From the sequence record DRR723986_3005: DNA of 64,000 nt; one strand, written 5' to 3'. Position 1 is the first letter of the stretch, and every line of letters begins with the position of its first letter. The notes under the pieces are model-generated. The model saw only the letters and a list, made by a program, of their open reading frames with translations, searched no databases and was not told the origin of the DNA. Below are positions 30,093 to 40,532 of this stretch, piece after piece. A program made the position numbers and the translations under genes.

Positions 30093-31019
30093 GTGCCAGT
30101 AATTCTAGCATTTGCAGCCTGTGTATTAATTTGGGGCTCCACCTGGTATGCGATTGAATTTCAATTGGGTACTGTCGCGACTGAATGGTCGGTTTTTTAT
30201 CGGTTCGCCATAGCAGCCATTTTATTACAGGGCTGGTGCTTGGTGCGCGGTAAAAAAACCTCTTTCGGTCGGTCTGATCACATTTTGGCGGCCGGCACTG
30301 GCATTTTCCTGTTCGGCATCAACTATTTACTTGTTTATATCGGCACTGAGCATCTGACATCAGGTTTGGTGGCCATATGTTTTTCTACCCTATCCATGAT
30401 GAATATCTTTTCAGCGCGTATTTTCTTAAAAACACCGATCCATCTGCCCGTACTTGGGGCCGCCGTTCTTGGTGTTACCGGTTTAGCCTTGGTTTTCGGT
30501 CATGAAATTGCAGAATTCTCATTTGCGGACGAAACCATGATTGGGCTGGCATTTTGCCTTGCCGCAACCACAATCGCATCGCTGGGTAATACCATTGCAG
30601 CCTCGGAAAAAGCTAAGGCAATACCCATATTACCTTTTACTGCGCTTGGTTTAATTTATAGCAGCGCTTTCAACTTTTTTGTCGCTTTAGCTTCAGGCGA
30701 GCCAATGGTTTTTGATGGCAATACGCCATACATAGCATCGCTACTTTACCTATCCGTTTTTGGAACCGTCATTGCTTTCACTTTGTACTTATGGCTCATC
30801 GCACAAATTGGCGTTGCCCGCGCAGGCTATATTTCCGTGGTTATGCCACTGGTGGCGCTCACAATTTCTACAATTTACGAAGGCTTTATATGGTCAGCAG
30901 CGGCGCTCACGGGGTTAGCACTTATTGTCCTCGGTAATGCCATTATGACCCGGCTAAAAAATAACGAAGCGCCTGTGCAACCCTCAAGCAAAACAGCTAG
31001 GCAGGACAACCAATTATGA
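30093..31019 (+). CDS. EamA/DMT family transporter
   Basis: LIWGSTW, YRFAIA and YLSVFGTVIAF.LY motifs; about ten TM segments. Confidence 0.9.
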   Translation: MPVILAFAACVLIWGSTWYAIEFQLGTVATEWSVFYRFAIAAILLQGWCLVRGKKTSFGRSDHILAAGTGIFLFGINYLLVYIGTEHLTSGLVAICFSTLSMMNIFSARIFLKTPIHLPVLGAAVLGVTGLALVFGHEIAEFSFADETMIGLAFCLAATTIASLGNTIAASEKAKAIPILPFTALGLIYSSAFNFFVALASGEPMVFDGNTPYIASLLYLSVFGTVIAFTLYLWLIAQIGVARAGYISVVMPLVALTISTIYEGFIWSAAALTGLALIVLGNAIMTRLKNNEAPVQPSSKTARQDNQL

Positions 31020-31068
31020 AAAGTGTGTAGACTGCCGCGTGAGCCTGTGTTTTGAGCTCATTTGTTCG

Positions 31069-31482
31069 TTAATGGTTCGCACTGTCAAAAGCCCGCCGTC
31101 CCAAATCATCCAGTTCATTCTGCTCAAGACGGTCCATGTCTTGGCGCAAACGACCCTTTTGCCGGCTATCGGCAATTTCAAAAGTTTTCAATTCCCTAAA
31201 AGCACCTGAAACCACATCCTGTTTTTCTTCAATCTCTAAATCTTTCTTGCGAATATCATCTAAAATCCAGGCTTTTTTCTCGCGGGCAGCCTCAATATAG
31301 GCGCCCATGGTTACTGAGCCAAAGTCACTTTGTGCCATAGAGTGTTGCGCTTGCATTTCTGCGTCAAGCTGCTCAAGCAAAGCCACATATTGAGCGCGCT
31401 CATCAAACAAAACCGCCAAAGCACGCCTTTGCTCATCAAGCTCCCATTTACGAAAACGAATGATACCGTCCAACTTGACCAT
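31069..31482 (-). CDS. fliJ: Flagellar export protein FliJ
   Basis: Coiled-coil LDE.RR.L...AFRELK.FE...EQ.ELDD; directly downstream of fliI. Confidence 0.82.
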   Translation of the reverse strand: MVKLDGIIRFRKWELDEQRRALAVLFDERAQYVALLEQLDAEMQAQHSMAQSDFGSVTMGAYIEAAREKKAWILDDIRKKDLEIEEKQDVVSGAFRELKTFEIADSRQKGRLRQDMDRLEQNELDDLGRRAFDSANH

Positions 31483-31507
31483 CAATTTTCAACTATTACT
31501 GGCAGCA

Positions 31508-32875
31508 TCAGGGCTGCTCATTTGCGGCTGCTAAATAATTGCTTATAGTCTCGGCTGCGGGGCCATTTTGCAAAATTGAATGCAATTGGTCATATCCGCT
31601 TTCCAAAGACGTATTGTCGTCTTTCCATTGCCCCAAATATGCCTCAAGCGGCTCGTTATACTCAATCGCGGCGTCCACTTCCGGGTTGCTGCCTGCGCGG
31701 TATGCCCCAAGGCGGATCATTTCTTCCATATCGGCATAAGTAGACAAAAGCCGCTTGGCCTCACGAACCAAAATATTCTGGGTATCTGTGTTACAGCGCG
31801 GCATCGTTCGCGAGATGGATTTTAGAATATTAATGGCTGGATACCGTCCGCGTTCAGCAATGGCACGTTCCATAACAATATGACCATCTAGAATACCTCT
31901 AACCGCATCGGCAACAGGCTCATTATGATCGTCACCTTCCACCAGCACAGTGAATAAGCCGGTTATATTGCCCGCGCCGCGCGGCCCAGGGCCAGCGCGT
32001 TCCAGCAATTTGGGCAATTCGGTGAAAACTGTGGGCGTATAGCCTTTGCTTGTGGGTGGTTCGCCTCCGGCAAGGCCAATTTCTCGCTGTGCCATCGCAA
32101 ACCGTGTGACACTATCCATAAGACACATAACATCAGCGCCGGTATCGCGGAAATATTCTGCTAGGCTCATGGTCATATAGGCAGCTTGACGGCGCATTAA
32201 GGCGCTTTCATCAGACGTTGCAACCACCACCACCGATTTGGCGAGGCCCTCTTCGCCCAAATCGTCTTCAATAAATTCCTGAACTTCACGCCCCCGCTCA
32301 CCAATAAGGCCTATGACGCTGACATCTGCAGCAGCATGACGGGCAACCATGGACAATAGAACTGATTTTCCAACGCCAGAACCAGAGAATATGCCCATAC
32401 GCTGGCCGCGACAGCAGCTGGTGAATGTATTGAGCGCGCGAACACCTAAATCAATTTTTTCTCCAACCCGTTGACGACCATGAGCAGGCGGCGGCATGTT
32501 TCGTAACAGGCACGGCATGGGCCCCTCACTGATAGGGCCTTTTCCGTCAATGGGTTCCCCCAGAGCATTAACAACCCTGCCAAGCCAACCTTTTGAGGGA
32601 AAGACCACTGGTTCTGACTGTGTTAAAACTGCTTTGCAGCCAACACCAATACCTTCAACAGCACCAAAAGGCATAGCCAATGCAGTTTGGTGCCTGAAGC
32701 CGATAATTTCTATGGGAACTTTCCGTCTGTCCCGGGTTTCAACCTCCAAGCGCGAACCAACAGAGATATACTGGCCGATACCCGCTAACTCCACGAGCAA
32801 GCCTCGCACGCCAGTTACGCGTCCATACCGGCTTTCCGTCTGGATTCGATCAATCTCTCTAACGAGGCTTTGCAC
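31508..32875 (-). CDS. fliI: Flagellar export ATPase
   Basis: [31 protein letters not shown] and VRGILDGHI motifs. Confidence 0.96.
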   Translation of the reverse strand: MQSLVREIDRIQTESRYGRVTGVRGLLVELAGIGQYISVGSRLEVETRDRRKVPIEIIGFRHQTALAMPFGAVEGIGVGCKAVLTQSEPVVFPSKGWLGRVVNALGEPIDGKGPISEGPMPCLLRNMPPPAHGRQRVGEKIDLGVRALNTFTSCCRGQRMGIFSGSGVGKSVLLSMVARHAAADVSVIGLIGERGREVQEFIEDDLGEEGLAKSVVVVATSDESALMRRQAAYMTMSLAEYFRDTGADVMCLMDSVTRFAMAQREIGLAGGEPPTSKGYTPTVFTELPKLLERAGPGPRGAGNITGLFTVLVEGDDHNEPVADAVRGILDGHIVMERAIAERGRYPAINILKSISRTMPRCNTDTQNILVREAKRLLSTYADMEEMIRLGAYRAGSNPEVDAAIEYNEPLEAYLGQWKDDNTSLESGYDQLHSILQNGPAAETISNYLAAANEQP

Positions 32876-32928
32876 CGGTTACCCTTACCTAAACCACCCA
32901 AGTTCAAAACAGAATGTAAGTGCTTGTT

Positions 32929-32944
32929 GTTAACTTTAGGTAAA
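32929..32944 (-). promoter_or_regulatory. CtrA-like box upstream of fliI
   Basis: Minus strand reads TTTA-CCTAAAG-TTAAC. Confidence 0.6.
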
Positions 32945-33000
32945 AGAACGGCAGGCCCTTGTAGAAACATTTTTAGTTTATTTTTCATTTTTTTGCTTTT

Positions 33001-33040
33001 TCGTTAACCTTCGTTAACTTTTGTTAAGCATAATAAACCA
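33001..33040. promoter_or_regulatory. Phased TTAA half-site array upstream of ctrA
   Basis: TCGTTAACCT/TCGTTAACTT/TTGTTAAGCA/TAATAAACCA with 10-bp periodicity. Confidence 0.6.
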
Positions 33041-33132
33041 GATTGAGGACAAAGAAATGCGAATCGCTGATTGTCTAAGCCAAATTTCAGCGAATTTAAT
33101 GTTGTTTTGAGAAATACAAAAGGGGGCGAAAA

Positions 33133-33837
33133 ATGCGTGTTCTACTCATTGAAGATGATCCTACGATCAGCCGAAGTATTGAGCTAATGCTGAGCTCTGA
33201 GGGTTTTAACATCTATTGTACCGACCTGGGCGAAGAAGGCCTGGACCTTGGAAAGCTCTATGATTATGACATCATATTGCTTGATCTAAACCTGCCGGAT
33301 ATGCACGGTTATGATGTTTTGAAAAAGTTGCGGACCGCCAAGGTTAACACACCAATTTTGATCCTTTCCGGATTGAATGAGATGGAAAACAAGGTGAAAG
33401 GCCTTGGTTTTGGTGCAGACGACTATCTAACAAAGCCTTTCCATAAAGAAGAGTTAGTGGCGCGCATTCACGCGATTGTTCGTCGGTCCAAGGGCCATTC
33501 ACAGTCCATCATCAATACCGGCAAACTGGCAGTTAATCTGGATACAAAAACCGTTGAGGTTGACTCTAAGCGCGTTCACCTAACCGGCAAAGAATATGCA
33601 ATGCTGGAACTTCTATCACTGCGCAAAGGCAGCACGCTGACCAAAGAAATGTTTCTCAACCACTTATACGGCGGCATAGATGAGCCAGAATTGAAAATTA
33701 TTGATGTATTTATTTGTAAACTGCGGAAGAAACTCTCAAGTGCTTCCCACGGGCAAAATTACATTGAAACCGTATGGGGCCGCGGTTATGTGCTTCGTAA
33801 TCCGGTTGATGATGAGCAGCAAGCGGTTGCTAGCTAA
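33133..33837 (+). CDS. ctrA: Cell cycle master response regulator
   Basis: [27 protein letters not shown] and [32 protein letters not shown] are signature CtrA sequences. Confidence 0.97.
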   Translation: MRVLLIEDDPTISRSIELMLSSEGFNIYCTDLGEEGLDLGKLYDYDIILLDLNLPDMHGYDVLKKLRTAKVNTPILILSGLNEMENKVKGLGFGADDYLTKPFHKEELVARIHAIVRRSKGHSQSIINTGKLAVNLDTKTVEVDSKRVHLTGKEYAMLELLSLRKGSTLTKEMFLNHLYGGIDEPELKIIDVFICKLRKKLSSASHGQNYIETVWGRGYVLRNPVDDEQQAVAS

Positions 33838-33877
33838 ACGTCGCGCAACCTATTGCTGAAACAATAGCGCAAAGACG

Positions 33878-33904
33878 AAAAGACTGGCACTGCCGGTCTT
33901 TTTT
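33878..33904. terminator. Probable bidirectional terminator between ctrA and cheR
   Basis: AAAAGACTGGCA/TGCCGGTCTTTT inverted repeat with A/T flanks. Confidence 0.7.
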
Positions 33905-33951
33905 AATGCCCTTTTTTATGGCTTTTAACGCGCGACCACAGGCAGCCAAAT

Positions 33952-34791
33952 TTATTGAAACGCTATCATTTCTTCGGTTGGCGTTTGAGACGGTACATAC
34001 ATACCGCGGTATTCCCGCACAGGCCGAAGTTGGTCGGTGATACCAAGCACTGTCTCCGCTGCACCCAAGAATAAACTGCCATCGCTGGCAAGTGTGGCCT
34101 GCACGCGCTCAAGCACCTGTTTTTTCGTTGGCGGGTCAAAATAAATCAACACATTCCGGCAATAAATAACATCAAATGTACCGAGCGGGCCAAAGCTATC
34201 CAGCAAATTGAAGGGGCGGAAGGTGACCATCTCACGGATATCCTGATTGATCCGCCAAATGTCGCCTTCCTGTTTGAAATATTTTATCAGCGTTTGAATT
34301 GGCAGCCCGCGCTGTACTTCAAATTGGCTATATGTGCCTGCCCGGGCTTTTTCAAGCACTTGTGTACAGATATCCGTACCAATAATTTCAATATTCCAAT
34401 CTTTCCATCTCGCCCAATTTTCTCTTAGCAAAATAGCCAGCGAATAAGGCTCTTGTCCGGTTGAAGCTGCCGCACACCATATGCGCAAGCGCTTGTTTGG
34501 CCTAGCTTTCTCCATTGCAGGCAGTACTTGGTCCTTAAAAATATCAAACGGCGTATTGTCCCTGAAGAAAAAGGATTCGTTGGTTGTCATTGCCTCTGTA
34601 ACATCTTTAATAAGCCCCGCATCATGGCCGCTGCGTATCGCCTCAACCAAAGCATTCAAATTATCCATGCCTCGTTTTCTGGACAACGGCGTTAAGCGGC
34701 TTTCAAGCAAATAAACCTTATCCGGTGTTAGCATCAAACCGGATTGTTGCTTCAATAACTTGGAAAGAAATTCAAAATCCTGACTGTTCAT
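33952..34791 (-). CDS. cheR: Chemotaxis methyltransferase
   Basis: TTNESFFFRD, RIWCAAASTGQEPYS and FDVIYCRNVLIYF motifs. Confidence 0.96.
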   Translation of the reverse strand: MNSQDFEFLSKLLKQQSGLMLTPDKVYLLESRLTPLSRKRGMDNLNALVEAIRSGHDAGLIKDVTEAMTTNESFFFRDNTPFDIFKDQVLPAMEKARPNKRLRIWCAAASTGQEPYSLAILLRENWARWKDWNIEIIGTDICTQVLEKARAGTYSQFEVQRGLPIQTLIKYFKQEGDIWRINQDIREMVTFRPFNLLDSFGPLGTFDVIYCRNVLIYFDPPTKKQVLERVQATLASDGSLFLGAAETVLGITDQLRPVREYRGMYVPSQTPTEEMIAFQ

Positions 34792-35975
34792 GCCGCGCCC
34801 TCATTCAGCCATCTTTCGGCCGCAGCACCAAGCTTGGCAATAGGCAGAACTTCTGTACACAGACCCGCCTCGGCGACGGCTCCAGGCATACCCCATACCA
34901 CGCTGGTTGCTTCGTCCTGAGCTAATAAGGTTGCGCCAGCTCCCGTGAGTTCACGTGCGCCGGCAAGGCCGTCATGGCCCATGCCGGTCAAAATAACGCA
35001 GAGACTACGATCCCCAAAAACCTTAACGGCGCTGCGCAACAAGGGGTCAACCGCTGGGCGGCAATAGTTCTCTGGCGGATCATCTGTTATCCTTAAAACT
35101 GTGCGGGCTTTACAGTGAGCAACTTCCATATGCCTACCACCGGGTGCCACATAAATATGCCCGGTTTTTATCTCCAAACCGTCTGTGCCTTCGTGGGTGG
35201 GCCAGCCTGTTGCCTGGTGCAAATGCTCGGCCAATATAGCCGTGAAGGTGGCGGGCATATGCTGCGTAATCAAAACAGGCACAGGCGGCGCTTGATCAAA
35301 AGCACCGAAAAACTTTATCAACGCCTGCGGCCCGCCCGTTGAAGATCCCATCAATAATATCTCTGGCTTTCGCTTTGAGCCTTTACGCAGAACAACTGGT
35401 ACCCCTGTTGAGGAAGAACTGCTTTTATGGCTGGCTCGGCTTTGACGGGAATCAAACGGCCTGTTTATTACCCTTTCCCTTTCGCCCGGCACACCAAATG
35501 GTTGGCTTTGACCAAGTTTGCTGCGCCGACGAGCTCCCCATGCTTTTACCTTTCCAACGAGCTCATGCCTGAACTCAATGGTCGCATTAGTCGACCGGGA
35601 GGTTTCAGGTTTGGACACATAGTCCACAGCACCAAGTTGCAACGCCCGCAAACTTATCTCCGCGTTTTTCCGCGTTAATGTTGATGCCATAATGATTTGA
35701 AGACCCGGTTTCATGGCCTTCATTTTCGGTAACGCGGTTATGCCGTCCATTTCCGGCATTTCAATATCCAGCACTACCACTTCAATGTCGTGCTTCGCCA
35801 ACTTCTGCAACGCAGTGATTCCGTTATGAGCCGTGGCAACCACGTCAATTGAAGCATCGTCAGACAAATAGCGGCACAAGAATCCCCGAATGATTGCGCT
35901 ATCATCAACAACCATCAGCCGAAAAGGCGAAGCCTCAGTTTTCACTGTATTTGATTTTAAAACTGCTGAATTCAC
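34788..35975 (-). CDS. cheB: Chemotaxis methylesterase (REC-CheB)
   Basis: REC VVDDS...LDIEMP; esterase GSSTGGP, QHMP and LTGMGHDG. Confidence 0.96.
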   Translation of the reverse strand: MNSAVLKSNTVKTEASPFRLMVVDDSAIIRGFLCRYLSDDASIDVVATAHNGITALQKLAKHDIEVVVLDIEMPEMDGITALPKMKAMKPGLQIIMASTLTRKNAEISLRALQLGAVDYVSKPETSRSTNATIEFRHELVGKVKAWGARRRSKLGQSQPFGVPGERERVINRPFDSRQSRASHKSSSSSTGVPVVLRKGSKRKPEILLMGSSTGGPQALIKFFGAFDQAPPVPVLITQHMPATFTAILAEHLHQATGWPTHEGTDGLEIKTGHIYVAPGGRHMEVAHCKARTVLRITDDPPENYCRPAVDPLLRSAVKVFGDRSLCVILTGMGHDGLAGARELTGAGATLLAQDEATSVVWGMPGAVAEAGLCTEVLPIAKLGAAAERWLNEGAA

Positions 35976-35990
35976 GACGAGCTTCCTGAC

Positions 35991-36356
35991 TTAGACAAGA
36001 CCAACCTGAGAGAGCTTTGCTTCAATAATCTCGCGGTCAAAGGGCTTCATTATATATTCGTCAGCACCAGCCTCGATCGCCATTCGAATGTGCGACATAT
36101 CATTTTCGGTCGTGCAAAAAATAACGCTAGGCTGGACAATATCTTCCTTGCCCCGCAAAGCCTTTAAAAACGACAAGCCATCCATCACCGGCATATTCCA
36201 ATCCAGCAGAACAACATCCGGCATATTACGGTCGCATGCATCAAGGGCGTCTTTGCCATTAACTGCTTCTTCAATCTCGAAGGACAGTTCCTCAAGAATG
36301 CGCCGGGCTACTTTTCGGATGACTTTTGAATCATCAACAACAAGGCATAATTTCAT
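35991..36356 (-). CDS. cheY: Chemotaxis response regulator
   Basis: Single REC domain (LVVDDS, LLDWNMP, CTTEN, YIMKPF) inside the che operon; GGAGG RBS. Confidence 0.92.
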   Translation of the reverse strand: MKLCLVVDDSKVIRKVARRILEELSFEIEEAVNGKDALDACDRNMPDVVLLDWNMPVMDGLSFLKALRGKEDIVQPSVIFCTTENDMSHIRMAIEAGADEYIMKPFDREIIEAKLSQVGLV

Positions 36357-36409
36357 GAACAAAATCCTCCAAAGTCATCTTGGCACTTATTTTTCAAGGC
36401 ATTCATCTG

Positions 36410-36895
36410 TCACGCCGCGTTGCTGTTAGATTCAAAAGTGAGAAGGCTATCAATGTCTAAAATTGGCAGAAGATTTTTTTTCAACCGATAAACACCCGCG
36501 CTTACATGCGCCCAGCGAGGATCAAGCGTTACAGGGTTTTTTTCATAATACCGGCTTCCAACTGACAGAACCTCGCCAACTTTGTCGATTTGCAAGCTAT
36601 AGGGTTGTTCGTTGTGCTCAACGACAACAGACATGCTTGTTTGGCCCTGCTCTAGCGCTGGCAGGCCTAGTCTACACCGAAGGTCAATCGCCGTTACAAT
36701 CCGGCCACGCAAATTTAACACACCAGCGACCCAGTCAGGCGCACGGGGTACACGGGTAATTTTTTGCGCATTCAACACATCATGAACTTCCTGAACAGGA
36801 ATGCCCAATTGCTGGTCCCCAAGAAAAACAGTGACAAAGTCTTGAGTATCACCCAAAACAGAGTGTGCACTGGGTTTTACAGCCACGTCAGTCAT
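36410..36895 (-). CDS. cheW: Chemotaxis coupling protein
   Basis: ITRVP.AP..VAGVLNLRGRIVTAIDL motif. Confidence 0.95.
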   Translation of the reverse strand: MTDVAVKPSAHSVLGDTQDFVTVFLGDQQLGIPVQEVHDVLNAQKITRVPRAPDWVAGVLNLRGRIVTAIDLRCRLGLPALEQGQTSMSVVVEHNEQPYSLQIDKVGEVLSVGSRYYEKNPVTLDPRWAHVSAGVYRLKKNLLPILDIDSLLTFESNSNAA

Positions 36896-39603
36896 GCAGC
36901 ATCTCCCTGAATGCGAAGTTGCCGTGACAGGCTGTTCAACAACGTGTCTTTATCAAATTTGGCTATATAATCGTCGAATCCAGCTTCAAAACCACGTTCA
37001 ATGTCTTTCTCATCTGCCAAAGCCGAAAGAGCAATCAGGCGAATATTGTCCCACGCAGGATTGGCACGAACATAACGCGCAAACTCATTCCCGGACATAT
37101 CTGGCATCTCAATATCGGAAATAATAAAATCAAAATCTGGGTATGTTTCCAGTAATTCAAGCGCTGATTGTGCAGAAGGAACGGCGGTCACTTCATAGCC
37201 CGCAGCAGCGAGTAAAGGACGCAACATGCCGCGGAAAAAATCGCTATCATCCAAAATTAACACACGCTCCATAGGGCGCATAGATATAGCCTCAGAGCGC
37301 ATCTCTGTAGTTGCGAGCCATTCTGGGAAGGCCTTAGCAATAAAATGGGTTACATCGATAACTTCAGATGCTTTACCATCAATCACCGCAGAGCCAATAA
37401 CCCCGGCTTTGTCTGACACTAACTTGATATCCAGATCATCTTCAATGATGTCTACTATCTCATCAACAGCCAGCCCCATAATGTAATGTCTATCAGTAAA
37501 GACCAGCACAGGCTGGCTGCCTTGCTCCCGCAAGGTCATGCTTAGGTCTGCGTATATTAGTGGCATTAGAGCATCGCGGTATTGCACCATAAGCCGACCA
37601 TCTGACTTTTCGATTTTATCGAGGCTGATCTCTTCCAACCTGGCGACAAGAGATAACGGCACGGCTTTTGGGTAATCCTGCCCGGCCATGAATACCAACA
37701 TGCTCTCTCGCTCATCGGATACTGCAGTGTTTGCTTGGTTTTCCGCTTGGGCATCTTCAACCTTCGTATCGGAAACGCCCGAGCTTGCATGATGAGCGAT
37801 ACCGTTAGGGTCCAAAATCATAATCACACTACCATCGCCCAAAATGGTGTTGCCAGAGTAAAGATTTAAATCCTTCAAAATGGGTGCAACGGGTTTAACC
37901 ACAATCTCTTCGGTGTCGAACACCTGGTCAACCACGATGCCAAATTTGAACGCACCCACTTGCGACACAACGATAAAATCACCGGTACTATTGCGCGCTT
38001 CAATTTCCGCCCGGGTACAGAAGCCAAGCATTTCGTTCAAATAAACAAGAGGCAGCAAATGGTCCCGCAGTCGCAGAATGGGGGTATCATTTATTTTTTC
38101 AATTTTATGGTCGTTTTCTCCAGCGGTTTCCGCGCTGGTTGTCCGCACAAGTTCAAGAACACTAATTTGAGGAATGGCATAGCTTTCGTCTTGTGCTTTC
38201 ACAATCAAGCCCGCAACTATGGCCAGCGTTAAAGGTATCTTTATAGAAAAAGTAGACCCCGTACCAACAGTAGACACCATATCGATTATGCCGCCAATTT
38301 TCTCAATATTGGTGCGCACCACGTCCATGCCAACGCCGCGACCAGAAACGCTGGTTACTGCCTCAGCCGTAGAGAAACCGGGGTGAAATATAAATTGCTG
38401 GATCTGGCTTTCCGGCATTGCCGCAAGCTCATCCTTCGTCGCCAATTGTCTTTCAAGTATTTTTTCACTGAGTTTTTCTGCCGAAATACCACGGCCATCA
38501 TCTTTAATTTGAATAATGATGTAGCCGCCTTCATGGAAAGCATTCAGAGTAATGGAACCAGTCTCTGGCTTACCAGCAGCGACCCGTTCAGCGGGCATCT
38601 CAATACCGTGGTCCGCAGAATTCCGCACCATATGTGTCAATGGGTCTTTAATAAGTTCAAGGACTTGACGGTCAAGTTCCGTATCAGCACCCAACATTTC
38701 CAATTCAATTTTTTTGTCCAGGTCCACGGTTAGGTCACGCACAATACGCGGCAGCTTCGCCCAGGCATTGCCAATGGGCTGCATCCGGGTTTTCATCACC
38801 TTTTCCTGAAGCTCAGTGGTGCACTGGCTAAGCCGCTGCATGGGAACGCCCAAGTCAGAACTGTCCATATTGCGGGAAATTTGCAACAGTTGATTGCGCG
38901 TCAAAACTAACTCAGAAACCATGTTCATCAGGTCTTCAAGAAGGTCAACATTCACCCGAATAGACTGGTTTGAAAGCCGCATTTCCGGCGGCGGTGATTG
39001 CGTTTTTTCAACAGAATTGCTGTTGATATCTACTTGGCCCGGCGCTGCCCTATTTTGTTCTGCGAAGTCAGCACTGTCTTCAATATCATCAGGTCCGGGA
39101 GCACTGGCAAAAACAGCCTCCAGTTCTTCAAGCGACACTTCACCGGGCTTTAATGACCGGCCCAATCCTGGGTCAATAATTTCTCCGTCTACCGTGTCAG
39201 GTTCAGAGGTGTGGGCAGTCTCATCTTTACCTTCAGCAATGGCATCAAGGCGCTCTATTAAGATGGCATCGTCCCCTGCGGGTTCTTCTGCAGTTTCTTC
39301 CAGCCCTGCAAGAATTTCTTTTATCCTGTCCAGGCTTTCCAGAATAACTGTCACTGCACCTTCTGAGACCTGCAGGTCACCATCTCTGAATTTACCGAGC
39401 ACATTTTCCGAAGCATGGGCCACAGATTCTAATCGAGGCAATCCCAAGAACCCACAAGTTCCTTTAATCGTATGAACAAGTCGGAAAATATTATCCAAAA
39501 CATCCTTGTTGTTAGGGTTTTGCTCAAGTTTCACCAATTCGACATCAACAACGTCGATACTTTCCCCTGTTTCGGTGAGAAACTCGTTTAATAAATCATC
39601 CAT
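36892..39603 (-). CDS. cheA: Hybrid chemotaxis kinase CheA (HPt-dimerisation-HATPase-CheW-CheW-REC)
   Basis: IFRLVHTIKG, HMVRNSADHG, SGRGVGMDVV, two CheW-like domains and a C-terminal REC (ISDIEMP); start at MDDLL. Confidence 0.95.
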   Translation of the reverse strand: MDDLLNEFLTETGESIDVVDVELVKLEQNPNNKDVLDNIFRLVHTIKGTCGFLGLPRLESVAHASENVLGKFRDGDLQVSEGAVTVILESLDRIKEILAGLEETAEEPAGDDAILIERLDAIAEGKDETAHTSEPDTVDGEIIDPGLGRSLKPGEVSLEELEAVFASAPGPDDIEDSADFAEQNRAAPGQVDINSNSVEKTQSPPPEMRLSNQSIRVNVDLLEDLMNMVSELVLTRNQLLQISRNMDSSDLGVPMQRLSQCTTELQEKVMKTRMQPIGNAWAKLPRIVRDLTVDLDKKIELEMLGADTELDRQVLELIKDPLTHMVRNSADHGIEMPAERVAAGKPETGSITLNAFHEGGYIIIQIKDDGRGISAEKLSEKILERQLATKDELAAMPESQIQQFIFHPGFSTAEAVTSVSGRGVGMDVVRTNIEKIGGIIDMVSTVGTGSTFSIKIPLTLAIVAGLIVKAQDESYAIPQISVLELVRTTSAETAGENDHKIEKINDTPILRLRDHLLPLVYLNEMLGFCTRAEIEARNSTGDFIVVSQVGAFKFGIVVDQVFDTEEIVVKPVAPILKDLNLYSGNTILGDGSVIMILDPNGIAHHASSGVSDTKVEDAQAENQANTAVSDERESMLVFMAGQDYPKAVPLSLVARLEEISLDKIEKSDGRLMVQYRDALMPLIYADLSMTLREQGSQPVLVFTDRHYIMGLAVDEIVDIIEDDLDIKLVSDKAGVIGSAVIDGKASEVIDVTHFIAKAFPEWLATTEMRSEAISMRPMERVLILDDSDFFRGMLRPLLAAAGYEVTAVPSAQSALELLETYPDFDFIISDIEMPDMSGNEFARYVRANPAWDNIRLIALSALADEKDIERGFEAGFDDYIAKFDKDTLLNSLSRQLRIQGDAA

Positions 39604-39688
39604 GTTCGTTTTCCGGCGATTTGTACCTGCCATTTCGGCCATCAAACACGCTGGCTTATGGCCTTGCTCAACACCTTCTAGAAAAAGG

Positions 39689-39704
39689 GTTAAGATGGCG
39701 TAAA
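39689..39704 (-). promoter_or_regulatory. CtrA-like box upstream of cheA
   Basis: Minus strand reads TTTA-CGCCATC-TTAAC. Confidence 0.6.
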
Positions 39705-39769
39705 ACTTATCGATTTTACGAAAATTGGACGCTTATTGATTTAGAGCAAGGTGAGCACCTGTGCCCCGA

Positions 39770-40411
39770 TTAACTGCCGGTTTTAAAAACGCTGGTTATC
39801 TCAAGCTTTTGCGGCGATGAGTGGTCAAGTTCTATTGACCCGCCATGCTCCGACGCCAATATGCTTGCTAGATATGCCGGTATTACGCGAGGTTCCAACT
39901 CTTCTTCGTCTGTCTTGCCCTCAAGAGCCGCCTGAATATCTTCAGAGAAAATGACTCGCTCTCCTTCTGCAACAACAGACAGTGTAGTGGTATTGTTTGC
40001 GTGGGACTGCAAATGAACGGCTAGCGTGCCCCCCCGTATTAATGCTTCTGCGGCCACCAAACCCAAATTCAGCAATATTTTAATGCCGCCTTTACTAATT
40101 CCCTGCTCTTCAATATCCCACACGAGGTCTACTTTACTGCCAACCAGAAATGACCGAAGCGCCTTCTCCGCCTCACGTGTGTCCAAATCAGCTGAAAAAC
40201 CACCAGCTGCGCCAAACGCTAACCGAAAAAATTGCAATTTATTGCTCGTTTGCAGCGTCGACTTTTCGATCAAGTCAAAAACCGCTGCGCGCATCTCTTC
40301 GTCTTCTTCAGCGGCGAGAAGTTCAAGGCCATTATTAATCGCCCCAACCGGGCTGATTAGGTCATGACATAACCTGGAGCACAATAAAGCTGCAAAATCT
40401 AATTTAGACAC
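39770..40411 (-). CDS. chpT: Histidine phosphotransferase ChpT (DUF2328)
   Basis: AALLCSRLCHDLISPVGAINNGLELL and LQFFRLAFGAAG motifs. Confidence 0.93.
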   Translation of the reverse strand: MSKLDFAALLCSRLCHDLISPVGAINNGLELLAAEEDEEMRAAVFDLIEKSTLQTSNKLQFFRLAFGAAGGFSADLDTREAEKALRSFLVGSKVDLVWDIEEQGISKGGIKILLNLGLVAAEALIRGGTLAVHLQSHANNTTTLSVVAEGERVIFSEDIQAALEGKTDEEELEPRVIPAYLASILASEHGGSIELDHSSPQKLEITSVFKTGS

Positions 40412-40532
40412 TCGATCCTCCCAAAACGATTGATGGCCATTTTCGCGAGAAAGACCTTTCGAGGCAACTTTTTTATGCTAAAGCTCGGCGTTAATTCCTG
40501 TTCAATTTTCAAACCAACTTGAAGCAAACAAA

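Noticed and set aside
39733-39754. Second SmcR-type site (TTATTGAT) between chpT and cheA
   Set aside because: Only a half-site with no symmetric partner; expected by chance in AT-rich intergenic DNA.
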